Source: Lytechinus pictus
Taxonomy: Eukaryota
Assembly: GCF_037042905.1 (NCBI RefSeq)
Contig: NC_087262.1
Coordinates: forward strand, 11,346,001 to 11,410,000
Length of the DNA: 64,000 nucleotides
Direction of reading: 5' to 3'
Position 1 is the stretch's first letter, and every line of letters begins with the position of its first letter. Positions 14,901 to 26,640 of the stretch are shown piece after piece. The position numbers were made by a program, and so were the translations under genes. Under the pieces are notes generated by a model that had not been told where the DNA came from, made no database searches, and was given only the letters and a program-made list of their open reading frames with translations.

Positions 14901-17900
14901 CAATAATCTTTGTACTAATAAATAAAAAATAATGATAATGTAGGCCTAAACCTGTTTTCCGTCAGTCGCTTAAAACATTTCGGTAATTTTGTCACAAAGA
15001 AATTAAGAGAGATGAAACTTTACTAAAGTACAAAGTTGGGTTCGGTCACGTAGAACACCCTAATTATTATTTTGATGTTATACACTAATGTGCATTTCAA
15101 TGATAACAACTGCCAATTATTATCAATCAATCATTGAATTTGTGAATCGTATATGGATTTTTCTTTCAAATCTTTTGTTCATTGATACAAAGACGTGGAT
15201 ATTAGCATCTTGAGTGAAATTGAGTAGTGGGTCGACTTTTGTCTGCCCTTGCTTGTGTTAGGGTTTATATCAGGATGCTCGAGGTTTATCCCGTTTATCT
15301 AATCCTTCATTTTATCAAAATTAATATTATACATAATCAAATATTTTTATTTGATAGACTTGAAAAGTTAAGCAAAATCATAATGACAACTTCCACAAAT
15401 TTCTTAATTTGTACACAATGCTTTTTCCAAATTCTCTCTGTCCGTTCGTCCAAAGCTTCTGAAGATCCCATCATTCTGGCCCTTCAACAAGCGGCCTCTA
15501 TTTGTGTTTCAAATTAGCCATGCTGATCATTTCAACAAGGCCCGCGGTAGTGTCGCTACGCCTCCAACGATATGGACGGTGAACGTGGATACCCCGAGCG
15601 GCCGGGGCCCCGTCACTATGAAGTGGACTCGTGCTCTACTTCTGTGCCTCTTCACGGACTTTATTTAGATCACGCCGCGTGTATTACTTTCCTACGAACT
15701 TATTATGTAATCAGCGACACCGCCATTAGCATTTTAAGAGAGCAGGGAACTGCCTTTCGCTGTCGAAAACTCATGTAACGTTGTATGATACGAGTGTTAT
15801 TGAACATTGGTAAGAGAGTTGCGTGCTGTCGAAACAGCGGTTAACCTAACGTTATTATTTGCATCAAGAGACTCCAATAAATCAAAGCAACAACAGCAAA
15901 AAAGAAATCGCTTTTGATATAATGGGAATTGGAGAGCACAGTTGAATTTCTAATTCAATAAGAACAGAATAATATTCCAGATCTTGAGAGATTGCAAATA
16001 TATTAATTGATTGAGGTATAGCAGACAGATAGACTCGATAAAAGGACAACGTTGAATTTACAAAACCGATTTGACAGTAAAACAGCTATAGGCTTAATGA
16101 TAATAATTATGATATATCTTGTTTGCAAAAATACACACACACCCTCACACACACCAACACTCACACTACTACATACTTACGCACCCACACTCACATTTTC
16201 TAAATAGTTTGTCAAATTTTATCACTATTTTAGCTCGCTCGCTTCGCTCACTCGCGACTTAAAAAAGACGAAATTTTCCCAGGGCTACACCGTGCTGTGC
16301 CACCTCAAAGTTTTGACACAGTACGCATCGCAACCAGCATACCAGACTTCCAATTATATTTGGTTATAACAACCGGAAGTAGATATATTTTCATCCTACC
16401 AAGCCACACTCCCACGCAGCCTCAACACGCTTAAGAAGCCTCATCCTAGAGCGATTGGGCATGAAACTGGATCTCAGTTCCTTCACTTACTTCCTGAAAT
16501 GTAGGCCAAAATGAGAACATATTTTTGTTTTCTTCTCTAAACGTCTTATGACGGTTGATCTATGAAGCTCACCGCATGAGGAATATCATACACTCCAACT
16601 GATAGGTTTTCCACAAACAAATTGGTCAGGATTCAATTTGGGAGCTTATAGAAGCAGAAAATTATTTGATGTGTGAATTCTGGTAACTCGTCATCCTTCC
16701 GATTTAATAAATAAAGATATATATGCCCTTGGACTTTTGGCGGTTAACTATTCTAATCCAATCTCTCTCCCTCTCTGTCTGTCCATCTCTCTATTTCTCT
16801 TTCTAATACCCGTCATTTTCGCGACTTTCCCATGTGGTTTTTAGAACCAATTACCGCTATATCACGTCTAGACGATTTGGTCCATTTTGGCGGGAAAACG
16901 ATTTCGTTCCCGAGAGATTTTTTTGTTGGTCTACCCCCACGAGACTAAAGTGACCTTAAACGGTTTTTTAAGCAATAAAGCTTTTACTTAAACAAAATCC
17001 CCATCTTCTTTCAGTGATAACGTAGACAAAGCATCATGTGACTTAAGATTTGCAAATCGACATCAGTGCCACGCTTGTTGGTAAAAAAAAACTGTCGTTA
17101 TTGGCTTCCCCAAAAGGGACTATTTTAGTCTCTGTATTGCGCATGAGCATAGCACTTTTTCGCGAAGTAGGTTCGTCCTAAAACTTAAGAGACTTCTGTG
17201 ACAATGATATGTCGTCATAAAAAAAGATGTTTAATTTGATGATAATAGATTGATAGACCGAGTATATGGCTTTTCATGGAGACCAATCTATTGTGATGAT
17301 TCTTTTCTTTTTGTTATTATTTTATAGCTATTGGTGAAAGTTGTCCCCTCTGTATTTTATTACCATTTATTGCAGCTCGTATTTATCATTTTAGAAGTGT
17401 TTTCTTTAATGACTTGTGGTTTAGGTCTTTACAAAACCTCACTAGTTTCCGTTTCACGATTCGTTGCAGGTCACATGCTCCTTTTATATTATATCTATGA
17501 TGATTTTTATTACCACGTATTGTCTGCTATCTGCTTCCCCTCACTCTTTCACATGTGTTTATTGCAGCATACATTTTTTCCAAGCGATGTATAATCGAAT
17601 ATCGACTAAATTGATTATGCATCTCTTCTCGCTTGGAGGTTTATTATGACTTTATACATGATGCGTACTCTTTAGAACGAGGACACCAGAGTTACACCCA
17701 CGCAGTCTAGACAGGGGTGCAGATTACTAGCACCTGATACTTAGTGCACCCCTCACCCTTACCCTTTCAAATTCTTAACTCTTCCATAAAATGCTCTTCA
17801 GCACGAGAAAATAGTTGTTCATGATATTAATGCATTATCGTTATTGATGCATCGTTACTAAGGCATCAACGGGCTAATGAGCTCGCATCATGTTGGATCG

Positions 17901-19101
17901 ACGAACAACCAAACAAAGTCTAGACTTTACACTACCTTTTTATTAAACACTTTTACCGCATAGGCTTTACACGACCTTTTGTTAAAAGATTTCACCACTG
18001 TCGACTTGTCCACATCGGTGTAAGGTTATCTAATAATGGTTAACTTACGAATAAGCTTGCGAGCTTGCTCTTTTATCACTTACACAATACACATGATAAT
18101 CATGAAAACGCCTGCTTTGTCATTTTAACTACTTAAGGCCCTCTCTTATTTGTTAATTTATCTTGCACCAAGCAACCACATTATTTCATACTTGGTGTTC
18201 TGTGTAGGACTGTCCACAAAACTATACTTCGGCTCTTAATCATGCCTCAGCATCATCCAATAAATGTTTAACACAAAATTTCTGTAAAGTTAAAACTTGC
18301 CTTGAACCGTTTTCTAAAAAGGTTTCATATTAAATATGAAACAAATTTACTTTCAATTAGGTGTATAAAATGAAAAAGAGATTGCTGCGGAAGCAGATCT
18401 TTTTGTAGCTTTCAAGTTAAGAATGTCATTTGCTTTTTTTCGGAATTAATCAAAAGATACTGGTACAGTGAAGTATGCTCAGTATGTGAAAGTTTTCTCC
18501 TTATAAGGTGATTATGTGATTTTAAGGGATATGCAACAGAAAATCATGTGCCACCCTTAACATATGGTTACGATTGCAAATGCTAGCCGCTCTTAATCGC
18601 ATCTAAATCTTAACGGACATTTTATGAAACATTCTAGTAAAATGTTAGAAGCTAACATGTTATAGTTGTCATATTCAGCTTCCAATAATGAAAATTCAAT
18701 CACTCAGTCATGGCGTAATAGCTTTGTACACGTTTGTGAAAAAAACCTACTCGCTGAATTCTACAAGTCTCGAGTCAAAACTTGCTTTCTTTACACTCCT
18801 CTGTTTCCCAAACTAATGACGAATACTCAAAAGGAGAATGACCTGCAATGCAGCCTGGGTAATATCGGATCTGGCCAATCCTGTTTTCGCGTCCGATCCG
18901 ATTACTGCAAACAAGATGAAAGCGAAGTAGATTATAACAGTGCATCGCCTTCTTACACAAAACCATCGCCATGCACCTTTCTCCCACCAGTCATCTACGA
19001 CTTTACCCTTTTTTTCAAATCTCCGCCGGCTAAATGTTTGAGTTTTAATCATGATATTTCCAAAACAGGTAGGCAAACTGCCTCTACGAATGAGTTCTGG
19101 C

Positions 19102-19227
19102 GGATTAATCACGTGGTTGAGTCACGTGGTTTACTGACTTAAAGTGACGTCAGTTATATACTCCGAACGAAGACAGTCATACGGTATGAATTAACGTAAC
19201 ATTGTCAGATGACGAATGATGACGTCA
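19102..19227. promoter_or_regulatory. Candidate promoter/enhancer: clustered E-box, AP-1 and CRE motifs
   Basis: GGATTA 19102, CACGTG 19110 and 19123, TGAGTCA 19118, TGACGTCA 19145 and 19220, TTATATA 19154, CAGATG 19206, all within 126 bp. Confidence 0.5.
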
Positions 19228-19579
19228 TTTCGTGCTTCATGTAACGTGTTTTAATTACATTCATCATTCAAACAAACCAAATCATTAATGCAGTTGCACT
19301 TGAAATTACTGAAAAGAGGCATTGGTGTATAGGGAGGGGGGTGGAGTACATCGTTCTTTCCACCCCTCCCCCACCCATCCCCCTACACACACACACCCAA
19401 CGCACACAAATTTTCTTCAGCTGTAATGAATATATTTGACTTTATGTAAAAAAATAAAACCAGTTCATAACTCATCAATAACCACATTTTCTTGAATATA
19501 TTCTAATCGTTTGATACCTTGCCTCAGGCCCTTTTTTTCCTTTTTGAGTATAGATATCAAGGTATTATTGCAAGTTGGT

Positions 19580-22500
19580 ATCGTTCCCCATGGGTATACT
19601 ATGCCTGGTAGATCTTAAATATATTTTTTTCTTCTCCGCATGGTAAGATTTTAAACTGCATTTATTTCAATAAATCGTAAGTTTGGACTTGATTTACATT
19701 ACTTTGCATTATTTTTTAATGGAAAATTATCAAATATTCGTTAGAATTGTATTAAGGTATATGTAAAATCACTCTTAACAATTTGATATAAATACCTAGG
19801 GTATACTATATGACGTAAATCTAAAATCATTCTTAATATTTTCAAATCGTTTCCGCGGGGTATACTATAGGTTTAAAACTCCTTTTCTATAAATATCAAA
19901 CCGAAAATTTGGATATGCCTTACATTACTTTGTATCACATTTGAATGGAAATGAATTAAAGAATCGAAGTGAAATTGGATAATGGTAGATAAAAAAAAAA
20001 AATTCTTAACATTCCCATATCTTTCCCCAGGGGACACTATCTAAGGAAGATGATAACAATAATAAAAATATAAAGCATTTATATAATGCTTAATACAGTG
20101 TTTCTAAGCGCTGCATACTAGATCTAGATCTAAAATCATTCTTAACATTTTAATATCTTTCCCCAGGGATACTGTCTAAGGAAGATCTAAAATCATTTCA
20201 ACATTCTCATATCTTTCCCCAGGGGACACTATCTAAGGAAGATGATAACAATAATAACAATATAAAGCAGTTATATAGTGCTTAATACAGTGTTTCTAAG
20301 CGCTGCATACTAGATCTAGATCTAAAATCATTCTTAACATTTTGATATATTTTTTCCAGGGGATACTATCTAAGGAAGATCTTAAATCATTCTGAACATT
20401 TTGATATATTTTTTCCAGGGGATACTTTCTAAGGAAGATCTAAAATCATACTTAAAATTTTGATAACTTTCTCCAGGGAATACTATGTAAGGAAGATCTT
20501 AAATCGTTCTTTAAAATTTTGATAACTTACTCCAGGGAATACTATGTAAGGAATATCTAAAATGATTCGGAACATTTTAATATATCTCTCCAGGATACTA
20601 TCTAAGGAAGATCTAAATTAATTATTTTCATTATGATATCTTTCCCCGGGGTATATTCTCCACGGTAGGTCTAAAAACATTATTAACATTTTGATATGTT
20701 TTCCGAAGGGGATACTATCTAAGGAAGATAATAACAATAAAAATGATAATAATAATAACATGCAGCATGTATATAGTGCTTAAGACAATGTTTCTAAGCG
20801 CTGCATACTAGATCTAGATCTAAAATCATTCTTAACATTCTCGTATCTTTCCCCAGGGGATACTATCTGATGAAGATCTAAATCATTTTAACATTTTTAT
20901 ATGTTTCTCCAGGGTATACTATTAGTAAGATCTAATATCATTCTGAACATTTTGATATATTTCTCCAGGGGATACTATCTAAGGAAGATCTAACATCATA
21001 CTTAACATTCTCATATCATTCCCCAGGGGATATACTATCTAAGGAAGATCTGAAATAATTCTTAACATTTTGATATCTTTCCCGAGGGGATATTATCTGA
21101 GGAAGATTTTAAATCATTCTTAACATTTTGATATCTTTCCCGAGGGGATTTCATCGAAGGAAGATTTTAGACATTCTTAACATTTTGATATGTTTCCCCA
21201 AAGGATACTATCTAAGGAAGATCTAACATCATACTTAACATTCTCATATCATTCCCCAGGGGATATACTATCTAAGGAAGATCTGTAATAATTCTTAACA
21301 TTTTGATATCTTTCTCCAGGGGTAACTACCTAACAAAGATCTAAAATCATTCTTAATATTCTCATATCTTACCCCAGGGGATACTATCTAAGGAAGATCT
21401 GAAATCATTCTTAACAATTTGATATCTTTCTCCAGAGGATACTATCTAAGTAAGATCTAAAATCATTCTGAACATTTTGATATATTTCTCCAGGGGATAC
21501 TATCTAAGGAAGATCTAAAATCATACTTAAAATTATCATATCTTTCCCCAGGGATACTGTCTAAGGAAGATCTAAAATCATTTCAACATTCTCATATCTT
21601 TCCCCAGGGGATATATCTAAAGAAGATCTAAAATCATTCGTAATGTTTTGATATCTTTCTTCAGGGGTATACTATCTACGGTAGATCTCAAATCATTCTG
21701 AACATTTTGATATCTTTCTCTCGGGGATACTATCTAAGGAAGATCTGAAATCATTCTTAACATTCTCATATCTTTCTCCAAGGGATACTATCTAAGGAAG
21801 ATCTGAAATCATTCTTAACATTTTGATATCTTTCTCCAGGGGTAACTACCTAAGGAAGATCTAAAATCATTCTTAATATTCTCATGTCTTACCCCAGGGG
21901 ATACTATCTAAGGAAGATCTGAAATCATTCTTAACAATTTGATATCTTTCTCCAGAGGATACTATCTAAGTAAGATCTAAAATCATTCTGAACATTTTGA
22001 TATATTTCTCCAGGGGATACTATCTGAGGAATATCTAAAATCATACTTAAAATTCTCATATCTTTCTCCAGGGAATACTATGTAAGGAAGATCTGAAATC
22101 ATACTTAAAATTATCATATCTTTCCCCAGGGGATACTATCTAAGGAAGATCTAAAATCATACTTAAAATTATCATATCTTTCCCCAGGGGACACTATCTA
22201 ACGAAGATCTGAAATAATTCTTAACATTTTGATATCTTTCTCCAGGGGATACTATCTAAGGAAGATCTAAAATCATTTTTAGCATTTTGATATCTTTCTC
22301 CAGGGGATACTATCTAAGGAAGATCTAAAATCGATCTTAACATTTTCATATCTTTCTCCAGGGATACTTTCTGGGGTATATTTTGATATCTCCCCCTTCA
22401 GGGTTATATCATAAAGGTAGATCTAAAATCATTCTTAACATTTTTATATTTTTCTCCAGGGGTATATCATCTCAGGAAGATTTTAAATCATTCATAAGAT

Positions 22501-23597
22501 TATTTTGTAATTTTTCCAAGAGGTGAACTATCTAAAGTAGATTATTAACATTCTGATATCTATTGCAGGGTTATACCATCCATAGGTAGACTCAAATTTT
22601 TCTTAACATTTTGATATCTTATCTAAGGTAGCTCTATAAAGTCATTTTTAACATTTGTTATCTTTTTTTTCCGGGGTATAATATCTGAGGAAGACCTTAA
22701 ATCATTCTATAAACCCCCGTCACACTAGAGGCGGAATGAGCCGGAATGCCGTCGGAATGAAAATTCTTGGTACATTCCTGGATATTCGAAGCGCATTCTA
22801 AACATTCTGACTGCATTCTGAGTGCATTCCAGACATTCGGGTCCATTCTTGTGACCGGCCCGAATGTTTTGCTCATGTTCAAAACTTTCGAAGTGCATTC
22901 GAAGTGGAGAAATATCGAACGACATTCGAAGTGCATTCTGACTGCTCTCTGACTGCATTCTAAATATTCTTGCTGCATTCTAACAGCATTCTTAATATTC
23001 TTCCTGTGTTCCGACTGTATTCGAGCTGCATTCGACAGTCAATACACCCGGAATGTGCAAGAATCATTAGAGGCGGGATCAAAGGACGTTCTAAGTATTC
23101 GAACGACATTTTTGCAAAAGTAGTGAAAATTTCAAATTCCCTCCCGAATGTGGCACGAATTTTGAAAGTTCTTCATTCCGGCTGGTTCTGCCCGATTCCT
23201 GCTGATTCCGAATAAGTGTGACGGGGATATAACGTTCTTATATCTTTCTCCAGAGGTATACTCTCTAAGGTAGATCTAAAATAATTCTTAACATTTTGAT
23301 ATCCTTTTCTGGGGTCTACTACCTGAGGTATATTTTGATATATTTTCCCCATGGGTATACTATTAAAGGTGCATGGATCTAAAATTATTTTCAACATGTT
23401 AATATCATTTTCCCAGGGGTTCAATATCTATAGGTATAGCTAAAATATTTTTGAAAACTTTGATATCTTTCGATAGGGGTAAGGTATTCAAGGTAGATCT
23501 AGAATCATCTTAAATATTTTGATATCTTTCCCCAGGGTTATACTACCTTAGGTAGATCTGAAATCATTCTTAACATTATTTCTGATATCTTTTCCCA
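19580..23597. repeat. ~58-bp tandem satellite, roughly 55-60 copies with decayed edges; consensus ~GGGGATACTATCTAAGGAAGATCTAAAATCATTCTTAACATTTTGATATCTTT(C/CT)CCCA
   Basis: Directly visible periodicity, best conserved at 20000-22360; interrupted at 22713-23228. Confidence 0.95.
22713..23228. mobile_element. Non-autonomous DNA transposon inserted in the satellite
   Basis: TIR ACCCCCGTCACACT / AGTGTGACGGGGAT; ATAA direct repeat on both flanks; internal (cattc/gaatg) subrepeats; the satellite unit resumes in register. Confidence 0.85.
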
Positions 23598-25156
23598 TGA
23601 CTTTCAAAATTCCAACGACGATAGGTTATATCCCGCCATCGTAGACCATATTCCCATCACCTTTACCCTTTATTACAATTAAACGGTAATTGGTTTTAGA
23701 GCCCTACTAGTTAAAGCCTATTAAATAATAATCCACTTTGCAACAGTTTGTGTCAAATACAATGAAGTTTGACGGCAAAGGATGCAAACAACAATATTCT
23801 TTGGGGTATTTTTTTTAATGAGGTTTACGGTCAATCCTCTCTCGAGTGCGAGAGATATATCACTTGCAAGGGTATTGAACTTTCTTTGAACATTGCCAGG
23901 AAATTAGACTGTCAGTCACACTCCAATATGAAAAGAGGAACATTCTATGTTCCGAATATCGTTTGTGGTTTCTAGGAAATATCGCCAAATCCAATATATT
24001 TTAGCCATTTTTAGTCATAACGTTTAGCCATTTTGTATCGCATTGCTGTATTTTTCTACTTGGGCCTTGTTAGGCCAACTATCCCCAATTGCCAGTGTCT
24101 TATTATTATCTGAAACCATGAGAGCTATTATCTCAATTATCATATTTTATTCTGCCATCATTTCCATTTCGTCTACGTAATCGATTTGTGAATTTAATTT
24201 TCTGTTTAATAAGAAGGAGTGGGGCGAAGTGCTAATATTGTTATCTGAATTAACATGATAATCATTATCATGATTATTCAATCGGCAATTCAACTTGAGA
24301 ATGGGAAAAAAAGTTCCAGTTACTCTTCTATATATTCAGTATCCTTTACTTTTTTGTTTAAACATTTCGTTTCATTTCATTTTAGCAACAATCTTTTATA
24401 TTGATTTATTGGACGTGGGAAAATGTAGATTCATTTTAATTGAAATTTCTGTAAAAAAAATTTCTTTCCTCCCTTTGGTTCATTTTCAATATATCTCTTA
24501 CATTCATTTTTCTTGTGTTTCAACGTATTCTGACTTTCTCAGAAGGATGCCATGTAATTCCTGCACTTTTTCGTTTCCCGTTGAATGCGAAATTGATAGA
24601 GCGTTGACGGGCATGTCGCCTGCTCTCACCCCGCTATCTGGGTCGCTTTTCCTCCCATGGTTCCGGCTTTGATCGCTTTCCTCTCGCCGCAGATATTGCC
24701 GGGTTATTATTTCCTCATGCACCTAGCTGGAGTACAGTGGTATAGGAAATATATGAATGATTATAGTGTTGAAAGTCATTCTCTGAGCTGACAAGTTCTA
24801 GACTATTGTATTATACTAAATATGCATTTTATGATTATTTTGCTTATTATCTGATTAATACTCAATCTCATAAAATTACTATGATATCAAATGAATTGGA
24901 AGAAAATTAAACAAGATCAATTGCACATTCCTAGCTACACAAGCAAGTAAATCATTTGGTTTTATTCTCATTCTGAAACCGTCTTCATTTTTGTGTTATG
25001 TTTCCCTAGAACCTGTTGATTCACAAATATTGTGACAATTTTGTAAATAAAGGAACTATTTTGTCAGGACTGTAAATCAAGTTACTCGATTCTTTTTCAC
25101 ACAAGCAAGGATCGTCGTACTAGTAGCAATAACAATAGTTGAAGTGGGAATTGTAT

Positions 25157-25379
25157 NNNNNNNNNNNNNNNNNNNNNNNNNNNNNNNNNNNNNNNNNNNN
25201 NNNNNNNNNNNNNNNNNNNNNNNNNNNNNNNNNNNNNNNNNNNNNNNNNNNNNNNNNNNNNNNNNNNNNNNNNNNNNNNNNNNNNNNNNNNNNNNNNNNN
25301 NNNNNNNNNNNNNNNNNNNNNNNNNNNNNNNNNNNNNNNNNNNNNNNNNNNNNNNNNNNNNNNNNNNNNNNNNNNNNNN
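25157..25379. other. Assembly gap (N) followed by a (TAG)n microsatellite to ~25484
   Basis: N run. Confidence 0.99.
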
Positions 25380-26393
25380 AGCAGTAGTAGTATATTTTAT
25401 AGTAGTATTATTATTAGTAGTAGTAGTAGTACTAGTAGTAGCAGTAGTAGTAGTATATAATAGTAATGGTAGAAGTAGTAGTAGATGTAAATTGAAACAC
25501 AATTTCTGAAATGTACTTCCTTGAGCCAACATAATACAATAATTATAATATAACAACCTATAAGTATTGCGCATGCCCCTAATAGGACTTGGGAGGGGTA
25601 AAATAAGCACTTCAAAGTCGGGCTGTAATTGTTTTCGGAGTATGGCAAAACGTCATTTTAGGTCCCTCACTTGTAGTCTAAATCTGAGATGCCGAAATGG
25701 TGGATGTTCAACTATCACAGGGCCTACATGTGGCCCTCTAATTTAAATTTTAAATTGTTTATCATATATAGCTAAAAGAGAAACACTTCAATCATATTTC
25801 CATTAATAAAGAGAATGGTGTTCATTGTTAAGGAGAAACATATATATTTTTTTTCATTTTGAATATTCCATATAAACATCCAAGCTCAGAGCTTAGACAC
25901 CGGTTTAGTTCAAGACGATTTAGAATACATGTCTTATGTGAGTAGTCCTACATACACACAGTCTTCTGTTTATGGTGTCTCTAAAACAAAGTAATCATTG
26001 ACGTGCATGTAGACGCACAATTGAAAAAAAAATATTGGCTGTCGTGCGAGAAGGCAGTCCAGTTGTGTATGCATGCAAAGCGAGACGGGAAACAGGGACG
26101 GGGAAGATAATTAGACGATCTTGTAAAATCCATTATTCATACCGACTACTGCTTTCCAGGTGTTCTGCTTCTCATCAATAAAGATGGGGCTGAAAAAAAA
26201 CATAATAAAAACCAGCTCGATGTTTGAGTTCTTGTCTAGAGACGTGTTAACGGTTGTCTTTATACAGACTTAAGATACTGCAAGTAGGCTACTGTTGTAG
26301 TAACAATCTCAAATTTAGTTCGAATAGAATCCAATAAAATGAACACCCAAGTATGTATAACTGGAAAAAAAATACGCTCGAAATGATTTTAGA

Positions 26394-26640
26394 CAGTGGC
26401 GTAATGACTAAAAATAATGGGGGCAGGACGTTTATTTGGGAAAATGAACAACAAAAAAGTTGTAAGCGAGCAGAAATTTCGACAATTTATTAAAAATATC
26501 AAATTTTGTGAAAGATTTTCATATAATATTTAAAAAATAATATCATATTTTACCCTTCTCTCTTTCCTTCTTATTTTTTCTCTTTTTTTTTTTGGGGGGG
26601 GGGGCAAGCGACCCCAAGGCCCCCCATGTGTAAACAGCTG
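26394..26640. mobile_element. Decayed hAT-like MITE
   Basis: CAGTGGCGTA start, ..CAGCTG end, 8-bp flanks attttaga / agtttaga. Confidence 0.55.

Noticed and set aside
17796-17816. RE1/NRSE site (TTCAGCAC..)
   Set aside because: Only the left half matches; no GGACAG half.
18666-19142. 158-aa ORF as a gene
   Set aside because: TTG start, no recognisable domain, no supported splice partners.
19580-23597. CRISPR array
   Set aside because: Eukaryotic context, contiguous degenerate units without unique spacers, no cas genes.
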